Below are positions 25,332 to 37,578 of a DNA stretch of 62,102 bases, in pieces. Numbering within the stretch: position 1 is the first letter of the stretch; the number at the start of each line of letters is the position of its first letter. This DNA comes from Neoconidiobolus thromboides FSU 785 (lineage: Eukaryota > Fungi > Entomophthoromycota): assembly GCA_025603075.1 (NCBI GenBank), contig MU626381.1:1-62102 (forward strand), in the 5' to 3' direction. Under the pieces are notes generated by a model. The model worked only from the letters and a program-made list of their open reading frames with translations, did not search any database and was not told the origin of the DNA. A program made the position numbers and the translations under genes.

Positions 25332-27008
25332 TTAAAATTGATATCCTCCCTGTGGAAGATTACTTTCAGTATCAAAGCCAAATTGTCCAGTTGATTCATC
25401 AATAGTATCGTCCATCATACCATCATCTTCAAAGTCTTCGTCGCCAAAGTAAGTTTCAAGAATACTTGTTGCTTTCTGGAAAATATCTTCTGGGGCAGCA
25501 TGTTGAAGTTCAATCAACCTATCAGCACATCTACATTCTTCAAAAATATTACGGTAAAGATTGTATCCATTATCAGCTCCACTCCAATGACCAATCTTTA
25601 AAACATTATCAATACCATCTAAAGCAACTTGAATGATTTTTGGATCACCTGAGCCCAAGATATCAACTAATGGAGGTACAATACCCATTTCAACGATAGC
25701 ATGCATAAGCTCAGGCTTTTGAATTAAACAGGTAGTAGCATTAGAAATGGCCCAACAAGCTTCCTTTTGAGTTTTGAAATCACCATGCTTTAATATTTCA
25801 ACAAGTGGAGGAATTAATCCAGCATGAACTACCGAAGTGACTTGGGTGAGGTTACCAGCAGTGATATTAGAAATGGTCCAACATGCCTCTTTCTTAATCC
25901 CTTCTTTTTTATTTGAAAGGAGGTGAAGAAGAGCTTCTAATGCGCCACAATTAATCACAACTTGAGTTTGGGTATCATCACCAGTAACAATATTACCAAT
26001 TGAACGTAAAGCTGGAGTTTGTAAAGAAGGGTTATCCTGCATTAAAAGTTCAACAAGGCGACGGGTAATACCAGTTTCAATGACACGTTGAATTTTATCA
26101 TTGGAGCCATCAGTAAGATAAGACAAACCCCAGCAGGCATCAGTTACAATTTCTAAATCAGAAGAGAAAACAAGTTTGGCAAGGGCATCAATAGCTGGGC
26201 TAATCATTTCCCAGGCAGGGGCAGGGTTTTTCCCACGGCAAAAGTTAGAAAGAGTCCAAGCAGCATTTCTAAGCATAGTAAGTTTATGATCTTCTTCAAA
26301 AATACGGATAAGTGGTTGAAGAGCACCCAATCTTAATACAAAATCACGACATGCAGGGCTATCACCAGAAATGTTACCAAGTGCCCAAACTGCCTGCTCG
26401 CGAACATCAACAACTGGGCTAGAAAGGAGTTTAATAAAAATAGGTACGGCACCAGCATCCATGACAACTGCTGTTTGTTCAGAGGTGCCTGATGCAATAT
26501 TGGTCAAAGCCCAAGCTGCTTCAAACTAAAAGTTTGTTAGTACAGAAATTTTATTAAGTGTACATTTTGTTTACCTGAACAAGAGAGTTGTCAAATTCTA
26601 AAAGCTCAACAAAACGGGCAATTACACCTGCTCTAATGACCTCTTCAATTGGGGGGTTTTTTTCTTTTGAAAGTAATTTACGGAAAGAAGTGATTGCTCT
26701 CAAAACAGCTTCCATATCATTGTCATAAAGCTCGGTTACTAACTAAAACTATATTTAGCAAAGCTATAACAATATTTTAAAAATAGGCTTACCTGATTGT
26801 TAATTGGAATAAGATAGCCATCTTCATCAGAATCATCAGAGGATTCGACTGTTTGATTGAGCATATTGCGTTTCTTTAAGAGACTTTCTTCTCTTTTCTG
26901 ACGACGTAAAATAATTTGATTTTCATCTCGACGACGACGAATTTCATCTGGTTTAAGATGAATATTATCTTTCAAGTTATCGGTCTTCTTGCTTCTGTCT
27001 CTATCCAT
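25332..27008 (-). CDS. SRP1: Importin alpha, 3 exons
   Basis: IBB domain ([24 protein letters not shown]), ARM repeats ([28 protein letters not shown]). Confidence 0.97.
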
Positions 27009-28637
27009 CTCAATATTGGTATAAAATTGATAACAAAAATAAAAGTAAATGAGATTAGGAATCTTCTAGATTATATATTACTACTCTAAGCAAATAATAT
27101 GTCCGACCAATCAGGTTAAAACTTAAAAGTAAGAAACTCTGATAAATGATTTGTTAATTTGAATTCAAATGCTCATGATTGAAAATTATTAGTGAAAGTT
27201 CCTTTTATTTGATTAAAAACTCATAAGTGTAGCTGATTGGCTAACTGTAATTCAAACAATTCGATCATTTTTATACTTGAGATAGCATTTGATGCTTTTA
27301 AGGGTTGAAAAAAAATAAAGTTAGATAATATAATATAGTTTAACTTAAAAGCATTTCTTTTTGATAATGAATCTGCTATACTAACTAGTTTCTAAGTATT
27401 ATTATTATTACGAGTTGTTTTTATATAGAGTCATTACAAAAAAACATTTATTTATTTTATTTTAATTTTCAAAATCATAGTTAAAGACAGCCGAAAAATA
27501 AGTTAATATTATATGATAAATTCACAAAAACGGGCTATTTTGGATTTATACAAGGACTATTCAAATGTTTGTAATAGTAAAATGTGTAATTTTATAGAAA
27601 TAATTGAAAAACTTTCAAATAGCAAGGTAAATTTTGATTTTTTTTTTTTTTTTATGATTTTTTTAAAGTGATCTGATCTTTTTAATTTATGTAAAAAATA
27701 GACAATAGACTACAGTAGCAATTTCAAAATCTTTAAAGAACTATTTTTGATATAAACTGTTTGATTTAATTTTCATTATAAAAAATTATTAATTAATTTC
27801 ACAATCACTAATATAAGACATTAACTACTTTATTATTAATTTATAATAACTGTTCAAAATATTAAACGTTAATGGTATAGTGGAGAACTATTTAACTATA
27901 TTAGTTAGGTCAATAATATTTATTCGATTGGAATTTATTTCTTCTAGTGATTATGCCTAATTTTATAAAAATTGGTTTTGTAATTGCAGTTGATTGCATT
28001 TGCAGCTTGAGTCACAAAAAAAGGTCAAATTACTTTAGAAAAGCCCTAATAACATCCTTGATTTTCGAAATTTCATACATGACTTATATAAGCGATTGCA
28101 TGAGATGAAGTCAACTGTCATTATTTATGCTATACGTGTCAGTTTTGAAAACTATCATGTTTATGATATTTTTCATTTTTGTTTTTTGTAACTTTAGTCG
28201 AAAAACCTTTTCTTCGGAAGCTTAAACTGCAATAAAAATAAACAAATGAATACATATAATAGTTTGTACTTAACAGTGGAGTAGGTTCTTTTATTACTAT
28301 CTATTATTAGTGTTAAACGTAAATATCAAAAAATGTGTTTAATCTTAAATTTCAGATTAATTTGTGTAAATATTAGTGAGCAAATTAGAGACAGTTCGAT
28401 CATCATAAAAGTATATTTATATTACGTAATGTTTATCTTTATTTGAATTTCGGTATTCGTGTTTGGTCAATTACTATAGCATCATGTAGTAGCATATATA
28501 AGCATCAAAGTAACAGGTACTAACTTATAAATCAAATGCTTCTTTTGGTTTCATCATAATTTAACTTTCCAATTAAATAATAATATGTAAATATAAAAAA
28601 AACAAGCAAGTTATTGTATATCTTTATATATTTTATC

Positions 28638-29001
28638 TCACATAAAAATACGATTAAGTGGTTTTTCATATTTTAAATATGAATTTGTTCCGAATTCTTT
28701 AGGAGCAATAGGTTCAGCCTTAATAAAATAAATAAAAGTTAAACAAATAACAATATAGTTTTACTGTTTGACCACGTCTGGTTCCAGTCAAACGTTCATC
28801 TCTATCTTGCATTCTATTATCCCAAATATCCATATTATAGCGTGGGTACTAAATCTGTTCAAATAAATTCTCAAAATAATTTAACAAACTTACCTTTCCT
28901 TCATTTTTATACTTTTGTGCAAGATAAAGGCCTCCTGAAGTTGCTCCAAACATAGCGGAGATGATTGCTAATGGCATTAACGCACCGAAATGTACTGGCA
29001 T
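28638..29001 (-). CDS. NDUFA1: Complex I subunit NDUFA1/MWFE, 3 exons (not in ORF track)
   Basis: Spliced MPVHFGALMPLAIISAMFGATSGGLYLAQKYKNEGK-YPRYNMDIWDNRMQDRDERLTGTRRGQT-AEPIAPKEF. Confidence 0.9.
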
Positions 29002-29171
29002 CTTTAACTAGTTTAAATTCTAAACAAAAAATAAATTTAGTGTTTATCCAAAATATAATTTTAATTAATAGTAGATTAGATCCTAAATATAATTGGTTAA
29101 AGGCAACCAATCAAATGTGATTCAAGGTAGTGAAAAGCTTAAGGTTTGATAGTAGTAATACCTTTTCAAAT

Positions 29172-30295
29172 ATGAGTTCAATTCAAAGTTTGTTGGATAA
29201 AATTAAGGAAAAAGAAGATGAAAAATTAAATAACTGGAAAAAGAGGATTGAAAAGAATAAAGAGGTATATAATAAAAATATACAAAAAGACAAGGATATT
29301 AATTCGAGTAGATTTGCGAGAGTAAAAAAACAAATTATTCAAGATATCAGGCTTTATTGAAATTAGTAAACACAGAACTTAACAAAAAAGAAATACAAAA
29401 TAAAGAGGTGCTTAAAATATTAATAATGTTTTAACGTAGTAATGAATTTTCGATAGGTTTTTTATAACAATATATCAAAGACCATTTCACTCAATAATCA
29501 AAGTAGTTTATCATTAAACAGTATAGAATTAGATTTTATAAAATATGGGGAAGTTAAAGAATTGACAGAGCTAATAGAGTTGAACTTAAAAGATAATGTT
29601 ATTAAACTTACGAAGTATTATTTTGGGAAGAGTTCAAACGAAGAGCTTTTAAGTAAGCAATTTGCTTATAATTTTTTTATTAACAATAATAGGGAATAAA
29701 AATAACGAAGAATGGCTAAAGAAAGGGTTCGAATTGCCGAAATTAATCAAAAACAAGACTAGAGATGAATTAAAACAAAAAGAAGAAGAATATTTTGATA
29801 GTATTAAGTTATTATTAATAGTAAGATTAATTTTGTTTATATATATATATTAAACTTTATGCAGTTAATTAAAGAAAATATCGAAATCATAATCGAGCTA
29901 ATAGTAAACTACAAAGTCAAAGGTATAAATAATTATTCGAAATCCCATTCAAATTATCTATTGTCTTTTTTAACCTCAATATTGCTTAAATTTCAGTAAG
30001 CTTAATAGTTTATTTAACATATTATCGTTCTAATATGTCTTTATTTAGATTAGTAAAATATCAAATACTTTTAAGTGTATACAATGATGATCAAATCAAT
30101 AGTTTAAAAGAATATCAAACTAAATTAATAGAGAATTACAATCTGACTAAAGTTAAAATTAATCAATATCAAAAAGAGTTAAATGGTTATAAAAGTTTAG
30201 GCAATGAATTTCATCATTTAGTAACTGTATATTCGGATATATTAGCTAAGATTGAAACAATATCAAACGATATAAAGAGACTAAAACAAGAATAA
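29172..30295 (+). CDS. Coiled-coil protein, augmin HAUS4-like, about 6 exons
   Basis: GT-AG introns give one frame; C-terminus LLKFQLVKYQILLSVYNDDQINSLKEY..YKSLGNEF..Y..I..IE..DIKRL resembles my recollection of the HAUS4 C-terminal pattern. Confidence 0.55.
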
Positions 30296-30837
30296 AGAGA
30301 TTGTTCAGTTATATTTATTAGAATATTTAAATTCGTGAAATAAAGCCAATTGTATTATAAACTTATCAGATTAATCTAGCTTAGTTTCCACTTATAAAAT
30401 GTTTAGTAGTCGCTTTTTCTGGCTAAATAATAAAGCTACTATTTTCAAAGTAATGTTATTTTTATTTTGTGCTTTAATTAGTAAAGGTGTTGATTATTTC
30501 ATTTTTAAATTTATTATATATTGGTGTTTAATTGATTTTTTTCAATAAATTTCATTTCTTAGTATTTACTATATCATAGTGTTACATTACATTTTATGCT
30601 TAAAAATACAACTAATTCCAACAAATCAAATTTAAAGAATACTTTGTTACATCAATATTAAGCATTTAATTGGTTAAATCTTTAATCATTTACTAAATAG
30701 CAGTAGCTTGATGGATGAGTAAAAATATACTGACAAATTGAATTCTACATGAACATCAAATTAAAGACTTCCTTTTCTTATACCTTCAGCGGTATCATAT
30801 ACACTTTCTTTCCACTTTAAACTTTTAATTATATAAA

Positions 30838-31589
30838 ATGTCCAAACGTGGTATGTATTTTTTTTGATTTGATATTAGCGAAGAAATAGATTCATCACAA
30901 GCCAACTGAGTATATAACATAAAATGGATTGAACTATAGAGACAATATAACATAATAAAATAGATATAACTATAACCAATTAATATAAGAATACAAAATT
31001 GTGATGGATGTAGACCATTAAATAATGAATTTACGACAAACTTTTAAAAACAATACTAAATGTTTATTTTTTTTTTAATCTTAATTAGGTCGTGGAGGAG
31101 GTAATTTAATTTTAGCATTTTTAATATAAAGACTAACTCTTCTAGCTGCCGGTAACAAATTCCGTATGGCACTTGGTCTACCAGTTGCTGCAACTATCAA
31201 TTGTGCTGATAACTCAGGCGCCAAAAATCTTTACATCATTTCCGTTTATGGAATTGGTGGTGTTTTAAACAGACTCCCATCAGCTGGTGTAGGAGATATG
31301 GTCCTTGCCACCGTAAAGAAAGGTAAACCAGATCTTCGTAAAAAAGGTAATATACTTTAAATTTAAGTTGCTTTTTTTTAAAATAAATTAAGTACTCCCT
31401 GCCGTTGTCATCCGTCAACGTAAATCATGGCGTCGTCGTGATGGTGTCTATCTTTATTTCGAAGATAACGCCGGTGTTATTGTAAATGCCAAAGGAGAAA
31501 TGAAAGGTTCAGCCATCACTGGACCAGTCGGTAAAGAATGCGCCGATTTATGGCCCCGTATTGCCTCTGCCTCAGGAACTGTTGTTTAA
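30838..31589 (+). CDS. RPL23: 60S ribosomal protein L23 (uL14), 4 exons
   Basis: [37 protein letters not shown]...; 13-nt and 12-nt first coding exons; 238-nt intron 1. Confidence 0.98.
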
Positions 31590-32169
31590 ATAGGAAAAAA
31601 GGCTAACCATAATAAACTCAACAAAATGAATATTTAAGAACATGCGAACTGAATATTAAAAGTATAATTTATGAAAGTTTATTTTTGTATTAGATTAAAA
31701 ACCAGGTAAATATAAGAATTCTTTTATTAATCTTTGAAGCAATAAAGGGATGCGTAAATGATATTATATATATGATAACTGACATAAAAGCAAATTAAAC
31801 AGAATTCTAGATAGTTTTATTAAAGTATAATTGAGGATATTATATTTATAAAAACACCATTTTATAAAATTTGCTATAGATTGCAATGCTTTATCAACTT
31901 ATTATAATTTAAAATAAACATTCTTTGTTTAAATTTTGCTTATATTTATGTTTTATTTGACTACTAATTTTTAATTCAATTGTAAATGAATTTATAAGAT
32001 ATTATGTAATGGAAGAACAATCTTTAGAGCATATTTTAAGCTACTGTAACTGTAAAATAATAGACATTAAATTAAAAATCAATATTTACTTATACGAACT
32101 ATCTTTTGCAAAAAAACAAAATTATAAATTTTAAAAAAGCTAAAACAGCTTATTTATTTTTATGCAATT

Positions 32170-32852
32170 ATGACAACAATACGTCCTTTTAGTTGTGATG
32201 ATCTTTTTAAATTTAATAATATGTAATTGATAATACAATCCTATTAATTTGTACTAAGCTATTTTAACTAGAAATTTAGACTCATTAACTGAAACTGTAA
32301 ACATTAAATAACTCTTTTAATATTTTAATTAAATTGTTTTTATTTAGTACAACATTTCTTTTTATCTAACCTATTTAGCACAATGGCCCGATTTATTTTA
32401 TGTCTCAGAATCTCCAAATAATAATCTTATGGGCTATAGTATGTCAATGTTTTTTTCGATGTATCTATATTAATAACTTTTAAGTGATGGGCAAAGCAGA
32501 AGGTAGAGGAATCAACTGGCATGGCCATGTGACAGCAATTACAGTAGCACCGCAATATCGTCGTTTAGGTTTAGCCAAGTTAATGATGGATCAATTAGAG
32601 GAGATCTCCGATAAGATTTATAAAGGATATTTTGTTGACTTGTTTGTACGAGCTTCAAACGCTGTCGCTATTGGAATGTATAAACAGTTAGGCTATTCTA
32701 TTTATCGTACAGTAATAGGGTATTATACCGGCGGTGGAACTATTGATTCTCCCGCTGAAGATGCGTATGATATGCGGAAAGCCCTTTCTAGAGATACTCA
32801 TAAAGAAAGTGTGGTTCCCTTAGGACGACCAATATATCCTCACGAACTTTAA
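32170..32852 (+). CDS. NAT3: NatB catalytic subunit NAA20, 4 exons
   Basis: MTTIRPFSCDDLFKFNN, NLDSLTET, YLAQWP, WHGHVTAITVAPQYRRLG, FVDLFVRASN. Confidence 0.96.
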
Positions 32853-33064
32853 TTTTTTAAAGCACAAGCATAACAAAATAATAAAAATACCATCTGTTAA
32901 AGTTAAAGGTTAATAAAGCTATTCGAACTTAATGTATATTTAAAAATTACTCAAACAAAAAATATCTTGAATTGTTATATTGTTTTTTCTGAGCTTTATT
33001 TAAATGTTTAAATGCATTTTAAATTAGTAAATTTATTATTATGGTTAGTAGTAGATACATAATT

Positions 33065-34661
33065 TCATAATATCCCAAAAGAATTAGCTACTTTAAAAAA
33101 TAAATAGGATAATATTGTCATAAATAAAAAATAATAATAAAACATCGATAATGACTTAAAGAATTGACCAGGCACAATAACATTAATGCCCATCAATGTA
33201 GAAACGAAAGTAAGCGGAATTCCAGACCAAGCCCAACCTTATAAAATTAATTTTAATATAAAAAATAGTAATAGGGATTATTATAGCACTTACCAGATAA
33301 TTTAGCCAATTCATTTGTTTGCTGCATTGAAGAATAAACTAGGGCTAATTCGGAGTTTGCTTTTTGAAGGCTTGAACATCTCTCTAAAAGCCTATTTAAA
33401 AGCTCATTTGAAATTTGTAGGCTATGGGTTTGGTGTAGAAAATTCATTGTCAATGTGTTAAATTCATTTAAATTAAATGCATCTAATTTAAATGCAGGCT
33501 CATCAAATGGAGAGCAAGATCGTGGTGTATTGCTCCTTGATGATATATATTTATTCTTCCTTTTAAAAAGCTCAAAATAAGAACTCTTCTGTGATGAACT
33601 AAGTGTTATATTGTTATGTAACCCGTTATGATTAGAAATAAAGTTGTACAGACTTTTAAACGCTCCAGGTTTATTTATAAATAATTCATCATAAGCTACT
33701 ATGATTTGTCGCAATTGATCCAAACGAACAGGTAAATTTGATTTATTGCTTAAATGTGAGCCATTATAATAAGGTTGTAAATTATTTCTTCCTTCTCCAA
33801 CTAAATAAAAGTTATCTATTTTATACACCTCTCTTTCAATTAATCTAAACTCTTTTTCCATATATTCATTTAAATTGTTTATTAATTTCAAATGAACTAA
33901 ATCTATTTTGTCTTTTTTGTTTGGTCTTTTAATTAAATTATTGATATCATTTTCTCCATAATGAAAACATAATATAAAATTCTTGAATACTATATTATAT
34001 ATTTTTCCATGATCATAATCGCCTATATCTTCTCCCAGAGTTTGTTCTGAATATTCATCTTGTTGTTCCAACAAAAGCTTAAAATACTCACTATCCTTTT
34101 TTCGAAACTTATACAAAAGTTGATCAACTTCCGTATTTTTAGGTATTGGCTTTAACTTTAACTCCATAGTTGTGTATGAAAAAAAATAATATCCATTAAA
34201 TATGTCCACTTTTTCATTGTTCTCTTTAAGTAAAATGTCTTCGATTGTCAAATCATGTAATGTCAATATCTATAATAAGATTAACATAAAGTAAATAAGT
34301 TAGACTAATGAATTTACTTTGCCAAATTTTTGAATAATTTCTTCCATTGGGTTATAAAAATAGACAATAAACTTTTCCCTTTCGCTGCTAATTTCTCTGT
34401 TCATAAACCACTCTTCGATTAACTCTCTGACATCTAAATACACCAGCTTTTCACTTTCCGAATACAGATAATATTTGTCTTGTTTATGGATAGGCAATAA
34501 ATACTATTGAAAATCAGCTTTTATTCAAATTTTATAATTTATAAATTTACTTTAGATTGAATTCTATGTGCTAATAGTGGCTCCCTTTCATCTAACCTAT
34601 CTTTTTTATTGTACTTTTGTCCAAATACATCTTGGAGTGTATTATAATTATTTTTATTCAT
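33065..34661 (-). CDS. CorA-family divalent cation transporter (Alr1/Mnr2-like), 4 exons
   Basis: LHDLTIEDILLKENNEKVDIFNGYYF matches the Alr/Mnr2 IHPLTxEDI..EKVELF.YY block; last exon gives PLTFVSTLMGINVIVPGQ and a second TM helix. Confidence 0.82.
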
Positions 34662-34960
34662 TATAAAACAAAAATCTCAGATTATTTTACTTTATTTTTA
34701 TGTAAGGAATTTTGTTACATGTTATTTTATTGGCTACTTATATAAATTATAACCAAGGAAGCTCTAATTAGCAGTCTATCATTAAATTTAAACAAACTAA
34801 AGTAATAATTACGGCACTACTTAAACCATATTACAATATGTAACAACATAATATTACATTATATTTTATTCCATTCAATAAATCTGAGTTGTTTATTTAG
34901 GATAAGGTTTCATTTTCAATCCACTATTACATAAAATAAATACCAATATTTCTAAATAAG

Positions 34961-35046
34961 AACAATAAAAATAAAATAAACAATAAAAATAAAATAAACA
35001 ATAAAAATAAAATAAACAATAAAAATAAAATAAACAATAAAAATAA
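34961..35046 (+). repeat. 18-bp AT-rich minisatellite (AACAATAAAAATAAAATA) x~5
   Basis: Direct tandem copies visible. Confidence 0.9.
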
Positions 35047-35246
35047 CAAAATCACTTATGAAATTAGAAAGCTTTACATGTAAATAATTATTTTTATCTT
35101 ATTAGATTTAAATACTGTTATTTAAAAAGTAAATAATTTGAATCTCGTCAAAATTATTTGTTTTTTTGAGGTTATTTTATTTTATTTATTATTTTTATTG
35201 TTTATGGATTATTTTTATTGTTTATGGATTATTTTTATTAAAAACT

Positions 35247-35352
35247 ATATATACATGTTCTTTTTAATTTCATCACTTTTTCCATTTTTTAAATACTATT
35301 TGAGTAAAATAAGTGTTAGTAAAATTCTTAAACAAAAAATATATTCACATAT
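35247..35352 (+). mobile_element. Degenerate MITE-like copy
   Basis: TTTCATCACTTTTTCCAT..CTATTTGAG..TTAGTAAAATTCTTAAACAAAAAAT..CACATAT. Confidence 0.7.
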
Positions 35353-35542
35353 CAATCTTTTAAAGTATCATAATTAAATAATAATAAATATTTATATTTA
35401 ATATTTAAGAATTAGACGACAAATATTTTAAACATATCATTTTTAATAAGCCAATACAAAATAAAAAAAATTATTTCATAATAATTTATTTAATGAATAT
35501 AAATAGATTAATAATAACTTATTGCTAAATAAAATAGTGTTC

Positions 35543-36559
35543 TTATTCTACTTTACCTTCAGACATTAATTCTGGATTCGGTTTAGCATCTGAAGATTTA
35601 AATTCAGGTGAATTTGGTACAGGTTTTAATGGTGGCTCTGCTTTGTCGCTAGGTGGTGGTGACGATTCACTACTGAGTGTTGGTGGCGGTAAAGTTTGAG
35701 TTATTGAACTTGGTTCTTTTTTATGCTCAATAGTTGTAGGTTGTGTAACTTCACTTTTTACTTCAGTAGAAGTAGGTTGTGTAACTTCACTTTTTACTTC
35801 AGTAGAAGTAGGTTGTGTAACTTCACTTTTTACTTCAGTAGAAGTAGGTTGTATAACTTCACTTTTTACTTCGGCAGAGGTAGGTTGTCCAGCCTCACTT
35901 TTTATTTCGGGAGGTAGAGATTGAGTTGTTTCATTTTTTACTTCAGGGGGTGGAGATTGGGTTGTTTCATTTTTTACTTCAACAGAGGTAGGCTGCGCTG
36001 AAGTTGGCTGGGCGGTTTCCTCTTTTGGTTGAGTAGGAGAAGCTTGGGGTGATTCCAAAGGCGGAGTATAATTAACTGTTGGTTGAGATGAAGCAGGAGA
36101 AGCACTAGTACTAGCTACTGCGTCTCCCTTGCCTTCTTCTACTTTTGGAAAATTTGTTGCTTGTGTAGTATTTGCTTCGACTGGAGTAGAAGCATTGATG
36201 CTGTTTACTTTGCTTATTATAGTATTTGATGCATTTGATACTACTGGGGCGGGAGTAGATGGTATTACTTTTGAAGCACTATTTTCAGATGCTTGAAGAG
36301 TACTTTGAGGAACATTGGCTGAGTTTACTTGTTTAGCAGGTTCTGTTATTAATGTTGGGGTACTTGCTGGTACTATAGCTGATACAGATAATGCGGAGGT
36401 TGTTGGTGCTAGTGAAGATATTGGTAACCCTTTTGCATCAAAACCAACAGTAAACTTCTCTGGATGCCACATACCATCATCAAAACTTAAACAATGTTTG
36501 AAATGGATTATAGTAATCAACAAATTAATTATAATCGATGAATTATGAATAAATTTCAT
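35543..36559 (-). CDS. Secreted Ser/Thr/Pro-rich mucin-like protein with 12-aa repeats
   Basis: Signal peptide; EVKSEVTQPTST (36-bp) repeats at ~35738-35990; no recognised catalytic domain. Confidence 0.85.
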   Translation of the reverse strand: MKFIHNSSIIINLLITIIHFKHCLSFDDGMWHPEKFTVGFDAKGLPISSLAPTTSALSVSAIVPASTPTLITEPAKQVNSANVPQSTLQASENSASKVIPSTPAPVVSNASNTIISKVNSINASTPVEANTTQATNFPKVEEGKGDAVASTSASPASSQPTVNYTPPLESPQASPTQPKEETAQPTSAQPTSVEVKNETTQSPPPEVKNETTQSLPPEIKSEAGQPTSAEVKSEVIQPTSTEVKSEVTQPTSTEVKSEVTQPTSTEVKSEVTQPTTIEHKKEPSSITQTLPPPTLSSESSPPPSDKAEPPLKPVPNSPEFKSSDAKPNPELMSEGKVE

Positions 36560-37578
36560 TGTATAGCAGATGTATTTTATTATAAATTTGCGAAACTTAA
36601 ATTGAAGTTCAAAGTAAAAATTGCTTATATTTATATTATTCCTTTATTTCAATATGTTGTTTTTAGTTTCCTCAATCGCTTGATCACTAACATATTTAGT
36701 TTGGATTCTATATTTTAATTTCATTCGAGTTATACTGTTGTTACAAATTATATTGCATCATTAAATTTAACTGTAAAACTTAAACTTTTTATACTACTAT
36801 TAAATAAAGAAATAGTATAGAAATTCCTATATTTGGATAAAAATGCAAGACTTGATACATCAAATTAATATTATTAATCAAAAAATCAAAATGAGTAAAA
36901 GAGTCATAATCAATATTTAAAAAAGACCTTTGCTGGCATTTGGTAAGATTTAATTATTAAAAATTAAGATAGTGAAAGTAATTATGATAACAAATTGCTC
37001 TAATATATAAATATATTGTAAAGTATAACGTAAATACAATACAATATTATATATATTTTAAAAATGAATAGCTGTTTTAAAAAGCTGCGGTTTGTTTATG
37101 GGTTTTAAATAACAACTTATTTTTAACATTTGAATTCTTTAGAATATAAATTTAAATAATTAAGATAGTTATTTAAAGGTATTAATTTAAATACAAATAA
37201 TACTTTATTGATGTATAGTTTAAGGATAAGCCTTTTGACTCAATAATTTTCCTTTATAATACACTTTTTTTAATACATATGAAAACTAGTAGTAAAATAA
37301 TAAGTTTATAAACTTCACAGTGCTTTATTTTAAATTAAACATCTTATTTATTTTGTAAAGTGTATTATTACTCTTCTATAAAAATTGAAGGGGAAGGAAC
37401 TTGACAGTTAATGATTGGTAGAAATTGGTAAAATTGGGATTGATAAATGATTCTAAATAAAAATTCGAAGCTAAGCAAAATAGCATATTGAAATAAATAA
37501 TTTGGTTCTCCTTTTTAAACTCAATTTAGCCAAAAAATTATATTAATAGCACTGATTTTATAATTATCTTTTATTAAA

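Noticed and set aside
30860-30910. Possible C/D snoRNA in RPL23 intron 1 (CTGA preceded by CACAAGCCA, complementary to LSU UGGCUUGUG)
   Set aside because: Only a 9-nt match, no proper C box, and no known methylation site there that I can name
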